64,000 nucleotides of DNA, from assembly GCA_902586125.1 (NCBI GenBank), contig CACIGI010000006.1, positions 4,468 through 68,467 of the forward strand, given 5' to 3'. The notes beneath the pieces are model-generated. The model was not told where the DNA came from and did not search any database. It saw nothing but the letters and a program-made list of their open reading frames with translations. Both the position numbers and the translations under genes were made by a program. Source of the stretch: an uncultured Pelagibacteraceae bacterium. Lineage in GTDB: Bacteria > Pseudomonadota > Alphaproteobacteria > Pelagibacterales > Pelagibacteraceae. Positions 52,736 through 63,114 of this stretch are shown here, one piece after another. Numbering within the stretch: position 1 is the stretch's first letter; the number at the start of each line of letters is the position of its first letter.

Positions 52736-53808
52736 TAAAGTTTAACCCCAGCACCTTTTAAAAATAGTGCATTTTCATCTAAGGGCCATCTTGGTTTTGC
52801 TGGATGATCTAGTTTATTAAATAGTTTTAATTTATACTTTTCCAAACCTACCATTGCTATCATTGCAGCATTGTCCCCACATATTTCAATTGGTGGAAAA
52901 ACACTTTGATAATTATTTTCTTTACACAAGTTCATCAACATAGATCTTATTTTTTTATTTGCTGCTACACCACCCGCAACAACAAAAATTTTATCTTGCA
53001 TATTATTTTGTTTTTCAAATTCATTAAAAGCAATTTTGGTTTTTTTTTTCAATATTTCTTCAATTGTTTTTTGAAAAGAAGCTGCCAAATTAAATTTTTC
53101 TTGCTCTGTTTTAATGGTTTTACTTATCCTTAAGATTGCAGTTTTAAGACCAGCAAATGACAAATTACAACCACCCTTATTAATAATAGGTTTTGGTAGA
53201 TCATAAGAATTTGGATTACCTTTTTCTGCCCAAAGCTCGATTTGGGGTCCTCCAGGAAATTCTATTCCTAAAAGTTTTGCAGTTTTGTCGAAAGCTTCAC
53301 CTAGTGCATCGTCAATAGTTGTTCCTAGTCTTTTATATTTTCCAAGACCTTGAACATTTAAATATTGTGAATGACCACCCGAAATTAATAGCAGGAGGTA
53401 AGGATAATTTAAGTTTGAAACTAATTTTGGGCTCAATGCATGTCCTTCTAAATGATTTACAGCTATAAAAGGCTTGTTTATTGAAGAGGCAAAAGCTTTC
53501 CCAAAGCTTAAGCCCACTGACAAACAAACTATTAGACCAGGACCTGCAGTCGAAGCTATTGCATCAATATCTTTGATTTTTATTCCACTATCATCCAAAG
53601 CTTTCTTCACGATTAAATCTATTTTTTCGATATGTGATCTGGCCGCTAACTCTGGAACTACACCCCCAAATTCTTTGTGGACATTAGTTTGGCTAGAGAC
53701 AATGTTTGATAAAATCATAGGTTTCCCTTGGTCATTCTCAGTTATAACTGAGGCAGCTGTTTCATCACAACTAGTTTCAATTCCTAGAATTAAGGGTTTT
53801 TTACTCAT
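52735..53808 (-). CDS. tsaD: tRNA N6-threonylcarbamoyladenosine synthase TsaD
   Basis: GIETSCDETA, GGVVPELAAR, HLEGH and DNAAMIA motifs. Confidence 0.98.
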   Translation of the reverse strand: MSKKPLILGIETSCDETAASVITENDQGKPMILSNIVSSQTNVHKEFGGVVPELAARSHIEKIDLIVKKALDDSGIKIKDIDAIASTAGPGLIVCLSVGLSFGKAFASSINKPFIAVNHLEGHALSPKLVSNLNYPYLLLLISGGHSQYLNVQGLGKYKRLGTTIDDALGEAFDKTAKLLGIEFPGGPQIELWAEKGNPNSYDLPKPIINKGGCNLSFAGLKTAILRISKTIKTEQEKFNLAASFQKTIEEILKKKTKIAFNEFEKQNNMQDKIFVVAGGVAANKKIRSMLMNLCKENNYQSVFPPIEICGDNAAMIAMVGLEKYKLKLFNKLDHPAKPRWPLDENALFLKGAGVKL

Positions 53809-53864
53809 ACAAATAGTTTTTAATAATTGTACATTTCCAATACAAGAAAGAAATAAATTTATTT

Positions 53865-54782
53865 ATGACTAAAAAAATTATCTTAGGTTCAAGAGGTAGT
53901 AAATTAGCATTGTTGTATGCTCAAAAAGCTAAAGAACAAATTATTAAAAAAACCACTTTAGATACAAATGATATTGAAATTAAAACTATTTCAACAAAAG
54001 GTGATCAAGTTAAAGATACTAGGTTGTCTGATATAGGTGGCAAAGGATTGTTTTCAACTGAAATTGAAAGAGAGTTAAAGAATAAAAGTATCGACATTGC
54101 AGTACATGCATTAAAAGATATGCCAGCAAAAGAAACCAGCGGACTTAAAACAGACTGTTTTTTAGAGAGAAATGATCCAAGAGAAATTTTGATAACAAAT
54201 GATAAGAAAAAATTAAATGATCTTAAGCTGAAATCAATTATAGGAACATCTTCATTTAGAAGGGAATTTCAAATTAAAAAATTAAGATCTGATCTAACAT
54301 GTAAAATAATTAGAGGTAATGTGGATACTAGAATTAAAAAACTAAAAGATGGAAATTATGATGCAATAATTTTGTCTTATGCAGGGATTAAAGATTTAAA
54401 TCTTGAAAATGAAATAGCTGAAATTTTCTCAGCACAAAAAATCATACCAAGTGCTGGACAAGGAATAATTGCACTCCAATGTCGTGATGCAGATAAAGAA
54501 ATTATTTCAATTTTAAAAAAAATAAATCATGAAGAAACATATAAAAGAGCTCATGCTGAGAGAAATGTTCTTAAAGTTTTAGAGGGAGATTGCGAAACAG
54601 CAATAGGTGTTTATTCAAAAATAGAGGGTGAGACAATTGAAGTTGAGGCGGAACTTTTTTCAATAGATGGCACTCAAAGATTTTACGAAAAGAAATTTGA
54701 CAAGATTGATAAATTTAAAGAAATTGGTAAACAAATCGGGCAAAATTTAAAAATGCAATCAAATAATTCTTACAAAAAATAA
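53865..54782 (+). CDS. hemC: Hydroxymethylbilane synthase
   Basis: GSRGSKLA, GGKGLF, GTSSFRR, RGNVDTR and LEGDC motifs. Confidence 0.97.
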   Translation: MTKKIILGSRGSKLALLYAQKAKEQIIKKTTLDTNDIEIKTISTKGDQVKDTRLSDIGGKGLFSTEIERELKNKSIDIAVHALKDMPAKETSGLKTDCFLERNDPREILITNDKKKLNDLKLKSIIGTSSFRREFQIKKLRSDLTCKIIRGNVDTRIKKLKDGNYDAIILSYAGIKDLNLENEIAEIFSAQKIIPSAGQGIIALQCRDADKEIISILKKINHEETYKRAHAERNVLKVLEGDCETAIGVYSKIEGETIEVEAELFSIDGTQRFYEKKFDKIDKFKEIGKQIGQNLKMQSNNSYKK

Positions 54783-54783
54783 T

Positions 54784-55482
54784 ATGCATATTTTATTAAC
54801 TAGACCACTAAAAGATTCCTCAGAAATGATTTTAAAGTTTAAATCATTAGGTCATAAAGTTTCTCATATCCCGTTAATTAATATCGAAAGGGTTGATTAT
54901 GAGGAAATTAAATTTTCTGAATATGGAGGAATTATTTTTACTAGCGCTAATGCGGTGAAATATTTAGATCAAAATAATATAGACAAAAATATCAGATGTT
55001 TTTGTGTTGGTAATTTAACTGAAAAAAAGGCCAGATCATCTGGATACCAAAACACAATAGCTGCAGAGGGTAATGTTGCTAACTTAAAAGAGTTAATTTT
55101 ACAAACTTACGAGACAAAAAGTAAAAAGTTACTTTATGTCAGCGGTGAAATTATATCTGTTGATTTGGACCAACAACTGATGAAAGAGGGCTATGGAATA
55201 AAAAGAGTGGTTAATTATAGAGTAATACATAATCAAAAATTCAATGAAAGTTTTGTAAAAGATTTAAAATTGAATATGCCTGATATGGTTTATATTTATT
55301 CACAAAATAGTGCTCAAAGCTTTTTGAGTTTTGTCAAGAATTATCAATTAGAGAGCTTATGGATGAATACTAATTTATCGTGTATTGGAGAAAAAACTTC
55401 ATCTATATTGAATGAAATTAAATGGAAAAAAATATTTCTTTTTAGTCCTGGAGAAGAAGAGTTTTTGTTATATAAAATTTGA
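54784..55482 (+). CDS. hemD: Uroporphyrinogen-III synthase
   Basis: ILLTRP, FTSANAV and CIG motifs; follows hemC. Confidence 0.92.
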   Translation: MHILLTRPLKDSSEMILKFKSLGHKVSHIPLINIERVDYEEIKFSEYGGIIFTSANAVKYLDQNNIDKNIRCFCVGNLTEKKARSSGYQNTIAAEGNVANLKELILQTYETKSKKLLYVSGEIISVDLDQQLMKEGYGIKRVVNYRVIHNQKFNESFVKDLKLNMPDMVYIYSQNSAQSFLSFVKNYQLESLWMNTNLSCIGEKTSSILNEIKWKKIFLFSPGEEEFLLYKI

Positions 55483-55484
55483 TT

Positions 55485-56570
55485 ATGGAATTGTTTAATA
55501 ATTTTTCTGAAATATTTCTATCCGTGTGGAGTAAAGGTATTCTAGGTGTTGATATCTTGCAAATATTAATTGGTTTAGGAATTTTCTTAATTTTTTTAGT
55601 GTTCAGAGGTTTAATTAGCAAACTTTTAATTAAAAAGTTAGAAATTATTTCTAAAAGAACAACAAATAAATTAGATGATACTTTCGTAAAATCTTTAATT
55701 GGTCCTGCAAGATTTTTGCCAATTGTTTTAGGTTTTTTTATAGCAAGTTATTACATGACATTTTCTATGGAAGGTAGAGAAATTGTCGATACTATAAATA
55801 GAACTTTAATAACCATATTAATCTTTTGGGTTATTCATCAAATTATAGAACCAGTTTCATATATCTTAAGTGGTCTTGATAAATTATTAACAAGAGAACT
55901 CATTGGATGGATTATTAAATCTTTAAAGATTTTAATATTCATATTAGGACTTGCAGCGGTCTTAGAATTATGGGGAATAAAAATTGGACCGATTATTGCT
56001 GGCTTAGGTTTGTTTGGAGTAGCAGTTGCATTGGGTGCCCAAGATTTATTTAAAAATTTAATCTCTGGGATTTTAGTATTAGTTGAAAAAAGATTTAAAA
56101 TCGGTGATTGGATTTCAGTTGATGGAATAATTGAGGGTATTGTTGAAAAAATTGGTTTTCGATCAACAACAATCAGAAAATTCGATAAATCATTAGCAAT
56201 AATTCCAAATTTTCAATTTGCAGAAAATGCTGTAGTTAATGTGAGTGAAACTTCAAACTGGTTAATTAGTTGGATTATTACTCTTCAATATGACACTTCG
56301 GTTGATCAATTAAAAAATATTAGAGATCAAATTGAAGATCATATAAAAAAAAGTGATGATTTTGATACTAATATAGGAATTGCAGTTAGGGTCGATAAGT
56401 TTTCAGATAGTTCTATAGACATGTATGTGCGTTGTTTTACAAAATCAGATAGTTGGAACGAATGGCTTTCAGTAAAAGAAAAACTCGCAATTGCAATAAA
56501 ACAAATTGTTGAAAATAATAAGGCCTCTTTCGCATTTCCAAGTTCTTCGATTTATATTGAAAAAAAATGA
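55485..56570 (+). CDS. mscS: Small-conductance mechanosensitive channel
   Basis: GLGLFGVAVALGAQD, FKIGDWI, GFRSTTIR and IPN motifs. Confidence 0.93.
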   Translation: MELFNNFSEIFLSVWSKGILGVDILQILIGLGIFLIFLVFRGLISKLLIKKLEIISKRTTNKLDDTFVKSLIGPARFLPIVLGFFIASYYMTFSMEGREIVDTINRTLITILIFWVIHQIIEPVSYILSGLDKLLTRELIGWIIKSLKILIFILGLAAVLELWGIKIGPIIAGLGLFGVAVALGAQDLFKNLISGILVLVEKRFKIGDWISVDGIIEGIVEKIGFRSTTIRKFDKSLAIIPNFQFAENAVVNVSETSNWLISWIITLQYDTSVDQLKNIRDQIEDHIKKSDDFDTNIGIAVRVDKFSDSSIDMYVRCFTKSDSWNEWLSVKEKLAIAIKQIVENNKASFAFPSSSIYIEKK

Positions 56571-56857
56571 TTGCTATCTTTTATTTAGTTTTACAATTAT
56601 TAAAACTTTATTCCTACGTAGTAATTGCTAATGTAATTATAAGCTGGTTAATCGCTTTTAACGTATTGAATACTCAAAATAGATTTGTTTATGCAGTTTT
56701 AGATTTTACTTACAGATTGACAGAACCATTTTTAAGAAGAATAAGACGATTTTTACCAAATTTAGGAGCGTTAGACATTTCTCCAATTATTTTACTACTA
56801 TTGATTTGGTTTATAGAAATGTGTATGAAACTCTACATTGCACCAATGATATTTTAG
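56567..56857 (+). CDS. yggT: YggT family membrane protein
   Basis: ISWL, LTEPFLRRIRRFLP and LDISP motifs. Confidence 0.94.
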   Translation: MIAIFYLVLQLLKLYSYVVIANVIISWLIAFNVLNTQNRFVYAVLDFTYRLTEPFLRRIRRFLPNLGALDISPIILLLLIWFIEMCMKLYIAPMIF

Positions 56858-56862
56858 GATTT

Positions 56863-57708
56863 ATGATTTTAATTGATGGAAAAAAAGAAGCAGCACTATT
56901 AAGGGAACAGCTTAAAAAAGAAGTATCTGATCTTAAAGTTAAGTATAATAAAGTTCCAGGGTTAACAGTAATTTTGATTGGAGACTTAACTCCTAGTCAG
57001 ATTTACGTTCGAAACAAAGAAAAATCTGCTACAGAAGTTGGACTTAAATCTGATGTGATCAAATATCCAGATAGTGTTGAAGAAAAGGTTATTTTAGAGA
57101 AGATAGATGAATTAAATAAAGATAACTCTGTGTCAGGTATTTTAGTTCAGTTACCATTACCAAGACATATTGAGAAACAAAAAATTATTGAAGCGATTGA
57201 CCCATCAAAAGATGTAGATGGATTTCATCCAATGAATGTTGGAAATCTTTCATCAGGTTATGAGAGTTCCGTTCCATGTACACCATTAGGATGTTATTTG
57301 TTAATCAAAAAAATAGAACCTAACTTAAGTGGTAAAAAAGCAGTTGTTGTTGGCCGATCTAACTTAAATGGTAAACCCATGACTCAACTTTTATTAAAAG
57401 AAAATTGCACTGTTACAATAACACACTCTAAAACAAAAGATTTAAAAGCAGAGTGCTTAGAAGCGGATATTATTATTGCGGCAGTTGGGATTCCTGAGTT
57501 AGTTAAAGGTGATTGGGTTAAAAAAGATACAATAGTGATTGATGTTGGAATTAATAAAACTGAGAAAGGTATTGTTGGTGATGTTGCATTTGATGAAGTT
57601 TCAAAAAACGCTAAAGCACTCACGCCTGTTCCTGGCGGAGTTGGTCCAATGACTATCGCATGCTTGCTAAAAAACACGATTGACTGTTTCAAAAGATCGC
57701 AAGCATAA
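56863..57708 (+). CDS. folD: Methylene-THF dehydrogenase/cyclohydrolase
   Basis: KDVDGFHP, PCTP, GRS and TPVPGGVGPMT motifs; ATG at 56863. Confidence 0.98.
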   Translation: MILIDGKKEAALLREQLKKEVSDLKVKYNKVPGLTVILIGDLTPSQIYVRNKEKSATEVGLKSDVIKYPDSVEEKVILEKIDELNKDNSVSGILVQLPLPRHIEKQKIIEAIDPSKDVDGFHPMNVGNLSSGYESSVPCTPLGCYLLIKKIEPNLSGKKAVVVGRSNLNGKPMTQLLLKENCTVTITHSKTKDLKAECLEADIIIAAVGIPELVKGDWVKKDTIVIDVGINKTEKGIVGDVAFDEVSKNAKALTPVPGGVGPMTIACLLKNTIDCFKRSQA

Positions 57709-57745
57709 TATTGAATTCAATAAATTTTTTTTGATAAGATAGGTT

Positions 57746-57949
57746 ATGAAAAAACCTAAATACCCCTATAGAATTGCACTTCTTATGCTCATACTGACAG
57801 TTCCACCAATTGGTGCAACACAATTAGGTTGGTATTTATATGATAAACAAACAGGATTTGATTATGGTATGATAGTTGGAACATTTTCAGTAATTTATGC
57901 TGCATGGTTAATGTATGAAAAAAATTGGAGAGAAGATGATGAGGATTAA
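57746..57949 (+). CDS. Small two-TM hypothetical protein
   Basis: 67 aa; two hydrophobic segments and an acidic tail; AGG upstream. Confidence 0.7.
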   Translation: MKKPKYPYRIALLMLILTVPPIGATQLGWYLYDKQTGFDYGMIVGTFSVIYAAWLMYEKNWREDDED

Positions 57950-57952
57950 ATT

Positions 57953-58219
57953 GTGGAAAAAATAATTTTTTTTGGATTAGCGATACCAATTTTAGCATTT
58001 GTCCTTTACTTGGGCGGAACGGCTATCATGAAAGGCTTTGAGGCCAAAAGAGAAAATAGATCCAATGAGAGCTTAGAAGATCAGGATCATGAAGACAACT
58101 TATCTGATAATAATGATAAGTTAACAGATGAATTGGATAAATTAAATCAACTTCTAAAGGATGGTGTTTTAACAGAAGAAGAATTTAAAAAAGCTAAAAA
58201 GAAAATCTTAGATAATTAA
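57953..58219 (+). CDS. SHOCT-domain membrane-anchored protein
   Basis: N-terminal TM; C-terminal LDKLNQLLKDGVLTEEEFKKAKKKIL. Confidence 0.85.
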   Translation: MEKIIFFGLAIPILAFVLYLGGTAIMKGFEAKRENRSNESLEDQDHEDNLSDNNDKLTDELDKLNQLLKDGVLTEEEFKKAKKKILDN

Positions 58220-58229
58220 TTATAATTTA

Positions 58230-58850
58230 TTAATTTTTTTTATTGTGAATTTTTATTATTATATTTTCTAACGTTCTACTAATTATTTTTGTTCCCTTTT
58301 CATTTGGATGTATACCATCACTTAGATTGAACTCAGGTTTCATAGCCACTCCCTCAAGTAAAAAAGGAATAAGCACTATTTTATATTTTTTGGCTAAATC
58401 AGGAAAAATTTTGTCAAATTTTTTTTTATAAGAAAAACCATGCGAGGTTGGAGCAATCATTCCAGCTAGGATAATTTCAATATTTTTATCTTGAGCAATT
58501 TTTATAATTTTTTCTAAATTATTTTTAGTCTCTATCGGCTGAATACCTCTTAACATGTCATTAGCCCCTAAGCATAAAATAATTAAATCTATATCTGGTT
58601 CACTTAAGGTCCAATCAGCCCTATTTAATCCCCCTGACGATGTACTACCAGAAACACTGCCATCAATAATCTCAATATTATAACCCTTTGCTTCTAAATT
58701 CTCTTCTAAAACGACTGGTAAACTATTGTCATCAGACAAACCATAACCAGCCATCAAACTATCACCAAATAATACAATCTTTTCGATTGCATATGCATTA
58801 ATGGTTAGTAGACAGATAATAATTATTTTAATAATAAAACTTTTGCTCAT
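58230..58850 (-). CDS. tesA: SGNH arylesterase/thioesterase (TesA-like), secreted
   Basis: GDSLMAGYG, LGAND and DGIHPN motifs; signal peptide from Met 58850. Confidence 0.93.
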   Translation of the reverse strand: MSKSFIIKIIIICLLTINAYAIEKIVLFGDSLMAGYGLSDDNSLPVVLEENLEAKGYNIEIIDGSVSGSTSSGGLNRADWTLSEPDIDLIILCLGANDMLRGIQPIETKNNLEKIIKIAQDKNIEIILAGMIAPTSHGFSYKKKFDKIFPDLAKKYKIVLIPFLLEGVAMKPEFNLSDGIHPNEKGTKIISRTLENIIIKIHNKKN

Positions 58851-59514
58851 GAGTACTCTTCTTAAATTAAAAAAGATAAATCTTAAATACCAAACTGGCA
58901 AAGACAATATTAGTGTTTTAAAAGATATAAATTTGACCACAAAAAAAAAAGAAACTATTTCAATAGTAGGTGAAAGTGGTTCAGGGAAAACAAGTTTAAT
59001 CATGTTAATTGGTGGTTTAGAGCGTCCAACTTCAGGCAAGATATACTTTCAAGACCACGAAATTACAAAATTAAGCGAGGATGAAGTATCAAAAATCAGA
59101 AAAAAAAATATTGGTATAATTTTTCAGTCTTTTTATCTAATCCCAAATTATACAGCCTTAGAGAATGTAACCTTAATTCTTGAATTGAATAAATTTAAAA
59201 ATCCTGAAAAAGAAGCAAAATCTCTTTTAGATAGATTTGGCTTAAAACATCGACTAAATAATTTACCCAGTCAGTTATCTGGAGGAGAACAACAGCGTGT
59301 CGCTATCGCAAGAGCTATTGCTATGAAGCCAGAGCTAATTCTAGCTGACGAACCTACAGGAAATTTAGATACAGAAAATTCAGATATGATTTCTAAAATT
59401 TTATTTAGGTATGTTAAAGAGGAGGGTTCCTCATTAATTATGGTAACACACGACCCAAAACTTGCTAACCGCGCAAGCAGAAAAATTAAAATTAAAGATG
59501 GAAAAATTAAATAA
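58849..59514 (+). CDS. ybbA: ABC transporter ATP-binding protein (YbbA-like)
   Basis: GESGSGKT, LSGGEQQR, ILADEPTGNLD and VTHD motifs; divergent from tesA. Confidence 0.9.
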   Translation: MSTLLKLKKINLKYQTGKDNISVLKDINLTTKKKETISIVGESGSGKTSLIMLIGGLERPTSGKIYFQDHEITKLSEDEVSKIRKKNIGIIFQSFYLIPNYTALENVTLILELNKFKNPEKEAKSLLDRFGLKHRLNNLPSQLSGGEQQRVAIARAIAMKPELILADEPTGNLDTENSDMISKILFRYVKEEGSSLIMVTHDPKLANRASRKIKIKDGKIK

Positions 59515-62035
59515 TTTTTATCAATATAAGTTTATCTTAATATATACTCTGCGAGATTTAAAAAGGAACTATAAAAAAATCTCTAGTATAATCATCACTC
59601 TGTTCATCAGTCTTTTTATATTAAGTGCAATATTTACTATTGAGGATAGTTTAAAAAAGGAACTCAAAGAAAATGCTAAAGAGCTTTTAGGTGGAGACTT
59701 AGAAATTGATTATAACAGAAATCAAGGAAATATAGATTTATTAAATAAAGTTGAAGAGTTTACAACTATATCAGAGATGGTTGAATTCAGCACAATGCTT
59801 TCGACAACCAATCGAAAGAAAAATAAATCTTTATTTACTAGAATAAAAACAGTTGACCAAAAGTATCCTTTATATGGTGACGTAACTTATGAACCTGCTG
59901 ATGCTTATGAAAGAATGCAAACTGAACCTTATACAATTTTAATTAATGAGAGTTTATCAAAAACCCTAAATATCAAAACAAATGAAATTGTTAAAATTCA
60001 AGATCAAGAATTTCTTGTTATTGGTAAAGTAAGATCTGTTCCAGATGTAAGTGGATTTGTGACTTTTGGAGATTGGGTTTTAACAGGTAAACAAACTTTA
60101 GATATCTTAAAACTTAACGGAATAGGAAATTTTTTAAATTATGAATATAAAGTAAAATTTAATACCGATGATAATCCAGAAATAATCATAAAAAAAATCG
60201 AAAGTATTTTTAAAAATGATCAAAAGGTAAAAATTAGATATCCAGAAAATGCAGCAAGTGGATTAAAAAGAGTAATTGGTAACTTTTCACAATTTTTATC
60301 TCTTGTGTCAATAAGTGCGATGCTTATTGCTGGTATTGGTATTGCTAATACTCTTTTGTCTTTTATAAATCAAAATAACTTGTCTATAGCAGTAAGGAAG
60401 GCCTTAGGTTTCTATTCAGGTAATATTAAAAAACTTTATTATTTTCAATTAATAATATTATTATTTATTATTACTATTTTAGCATATTTAAGTAGTTTAT
60501 TAATTGTGCCATTAGCAGACAAATATTTGTCAAGTAGCTTTGGACTGAATATAAATTTATTTTTTTCTTTTTTTAATTTCTTAAAGATATTTTTAATAGG
60601 TTTATTAGTTTTGATAATTTTTTCGATTCCTACAATTAGTTCTATTGATCAAGTCAAAGCTTCAAGTCTATTTAGAAATGTATTCCAAAACTTACAATTT
60701 TATTATTCAAAAAAATTGATCGGCATGAGTATCATCATGTTATCGATTTTGATTTTAATATTTACTTATAGGTCAGAAAATTTTATTTATAGTCTTGGGT
60801 ATTTTGGGGCATTTTTTATTTGTTTGATTATCTTTTTTCTACTTTCAAAGTTAATCATATTTTCTCTTAAAAAGTTTAAATTTTATTCGAGCACTCTTTT
60901 AAAAGTATCTATTAAAAATATTACACAATCAAAAAGTATTACACCTATTACAATTATGTCTTTAGGCCTTGGTGTTACATTACTTTTGACTTTGGCATTA
61001 GTTGGAACTAATTTTAAAAGAGAGATAGCAAAATCAATACCTGACATCGCTCCTGATTATTTTTTTGTGGGCATTCAAAATGGAGAGCGTGAAAAGTTTG
61101 AACAAAGAATTTTATCAATGGATCCTGGTGCAAATATTGAAATTGTACCAATGGTTTCTTCAGGAATAGTAAAAATTAATGGTATAAATCCAAACACTTA
61201 TATTACACCTGAAAATGATAGTTATTGGGTTATTGGCAGTGAACGGAGATCATCTTGGACAAAAGAAGTTCCTGAGGATAATCTAATTATTGATGGTAAG
61301 TGGTGGGATTTGTCTAAACCAAATCAACTTCAGATATCATTAGACGCTAAGGTTGCAAAAGATTTTAATATTAAATTAGGGGATATATTTACTTTAAATA
61401 TCTATGGTAGAGAAATTGATGGTGAAATAGTCAACTTTAGACAAGTTGATTATAGAGATCTAAATATAAATTTTGCAATGCTTTTTAACCCTGACTTTGC
61501 AAAAAATATTCCTCACGAATATTTAGCAACCACAAAGTTCTATGATTTAAATAAATTTGATGAAACAAAAATGCTTGAAATTTTCCCTAGTTTATCAATG
61601 ATTAAAATTGCCGATTATTTAAATAAAGTAACTAATGTTTTAAATAAAGTTTTCATAGCAGTTATTGTAATTTCAACAGTCACTATCGTCATTGGTTTAA
61701 TTGTAATATCAAGTGCAATAATGGTCCAAGGAAAAGTAAGAGAATACCAAAATTTGGTTTTTAAAATTTTAGGTTTTTCAAGAAAAGAGATTGTTTTTTC
61801 TTCACTGATTGAATTTATGATTATTTTTATATCTGTAATAATGATTGCAGTTTTGTTTGCTGTAGTTGGTTCAAAATTTATTATTGAAAATATATTTGAG
61901 TTATTCTGGAAGTTTGATCTTAAAGTTTTGATTTATCTTGGTTTATCCATTGGTTTAGTAACTTTAGTGTTAATATTATTAACGAATATTAAATATTTAA
62001 ATCCAAAGGTTTATCCTCTTATAAGAAATCAATAA
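59498..62035 (+). CDS. ybbP: FtsX/MacB-like ABC permease (YbbP-like)
   Basis: LLGGDL, YPLYG and PDYFF motifs; two FtsX-type TM clusters. Confidence 0.88.
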   Translation: MEKLNNFYQYKFILIYTLRDLKRNYKKISSIIITLFISLFILSAIFTIEDSLKKELKENAKELLGGDLEIDYNRNQGNIDLLNKVEEFTTISEMVEFSTMLSTTNRKKNKSLFTRIKTVDQKYPLYGDVTYEPADAYERMQTEPYTILINESLSKTLNIKTNEIVKIQDQEFLVIGKVRSVPDVSGFVTFGDWVLTGKQTLDILKLNGIGNFLNYEYKVKFNTDDNPEIIIKKIESIFKNDQKVKIRYPENAASGLKRVIGNFSQFLSLVSISAMLIAGIGIANTLLSFINQNNLSIAVRKALGFYSGNIKKLYYFQLIILLFIITILAYLSSLLIVPLADKYLSSSFGLNINLFFSFFNFLKIFLIGLLVLIIFSIPTISSIDQVKASSLFRNVFQNLQFYYSKKLIGMSIIMLSILILIFTYRSENFIYSLGYFGAFFICLIIFFLLSKLIIFSLKKFKFYSSTLLKVSIKNITQSKSITPITIMSLGLGVTLLLTLALVGTNFKREIAKSIPDIAPDYFFVGIQNGEREKFEQRILSMDPGANIEIVPMVSSGIVKINGINPNTYITPENDSYWVIGSERRSSWTKEVPEDNLIIDGKWWDLSKPNQLQISLDAKVAKDFNIKLGDIFTLNIYGREIDGEIVNFRQVDYRDLNINFAMLFNPDFAKNIPHEYLATTKFYDLNKFDETKMLEIFPSLSMIKIADYLNKVTNVLNKVFIAVIVISTVTIVIGLIVISSAIMVQGKVREYQNLVFKILGFSRKEIVFSSLIEFMIIFISVIMIAVLFAVVGSKFIIENIFELFWKFDLKVLIYLGLSIGLVTLVLILLTNIKYLNPKVYPLIRNQ

Positions 62036-62045
62036 TCACTAAGAT

Positions 62046-63113
62046 CTATTTAGCCTTCTCCATTAGCCAAAGGTTATCACTCGCCAAAAAATAAATTTTT
62101 CCATTTTTCGGATGAACTTGTATATCTCTAATTCGTCCGATTTCATCTTTAAAAATTGTATCTTCTTGTATGTTGGATAAATCATCGAAGATTAGTTTTC
62201 TTAAGGATTGATCTTTTAATGATGTAATTAGAGCATGACCATTCCATTCATTAAATTCGTTTCCTTTATAAATTGTAATTGCACTTGTTGCAATTGAAGG
62301 TACCCAATATTGGATTGCTTTTGTAAAGCCAGGTTTCCACTTTGGACCAATAGGTAAGCCAGAATAATTTTTTCCTCCCCAGCCTAAGATTTTCCAACCA
62401 TAATTTTCACCTTTTTTTACTTCACCAAACCAATCACCACCTTTGGCACCATGGTTACTCATATAAATTCTATCATCGTATGATGATAAAGTTAAACCTT
62501 GAGGATTTCTTATACCAATTTGATAAATTTCAGGTAGCCAATCTGGCTTATCTACAAATTTAGGATTGTCATTTGGAATACTTCCATCAAGATTAATTCT
62601 AATAATACTCCCAGGATGTTTTGAGGGGTCTTGGGCGATCATGCCTCTACCTCTTTCACCGGCAGAGGCAAATAAGTGATTATCTTTTATTACTAACCTT
62701 GAACCAAAATGATAGCCAGAGTCAATAGGAGGTTCTGCTTGAAAAATATTTTTAAAATTTAATTTTTTTTTATCAAAAATCGCTTTAGCAATAGAGGTAC
62801 TTGTTTTTCCATCACCTCTGTTTTCAGAATATGAAACATAAATAAAATTATCTTTATACAAGATATCTAAAAGACCGCCTTGTCCATGTTCTAGAAAATT
62901 GAGGTTATGATCAACTTCAACAAGTTTTTTTTGCGATATGTCTATGATCTTAATTTTTCCACTTTTTTCAGTAATAATTAATTCTTTATTATTCAAAAAA
63001 GAGGAACCCCATGGGTCATTAAGTGCAGCTAATTTTTCAAATTTTAAATTTTTAGCAAATGAATTAGCTGAAAAAAATATAAAAAATATAATTACAAAAA
63101 AAAGTTTTTTCAC
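62046..63113 (-). CDS. PQQ-dependent sugar dehydrogenase (GSDH/YliI-like)
   Basis: GQGGLLD, HFGSR, GIRNPQG, NYGW and GRIRD motifs; signal peptide from GTG at 63113. Confidence 0.9.
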   Translation of the reverse strand: MKKLFFVIIFFIFFSANSFAKNLKFEKLAALNDPWGSSFLNNKELIITEKSGKIKIIDISQKKLVEVDHNLNFLEHGQGGLLDILYKDNFIYVSYSENRGDGKTSTSIAKAIFDKKKLNFKNIFQAEPPIDSGYHFGSRLVIKDNHLFASAGERGRGMIAQDPSKHPGSIIRINLDGSIPNDNPKFVDKPDWLPEIYQIGIRNPQGLTLSSYDDRIYMSNHGAKGGDWFGEVKKGENYGWKILGWGGKNYSGLPIGPKWKPGFTKAIQYWVPSIATSAITIYKGNEFNEWNGHALITSLKDQSLRKLIFDDLSNIQEDTIFKDEIGRIRDIQVHPKNGKIYFLASDNLWLMEKAK

Positions 63114-63114
63114 C

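Noticed and set aside
58851-59039. Long N-terminal extensions in the ORF track (tesA, hisE, secB, folD, ybbP, GSDH, ftsK)
   Set aside because: Longest-ORF artefacts; downstream starts give the expected family N-termini and remove or shrink overlaps
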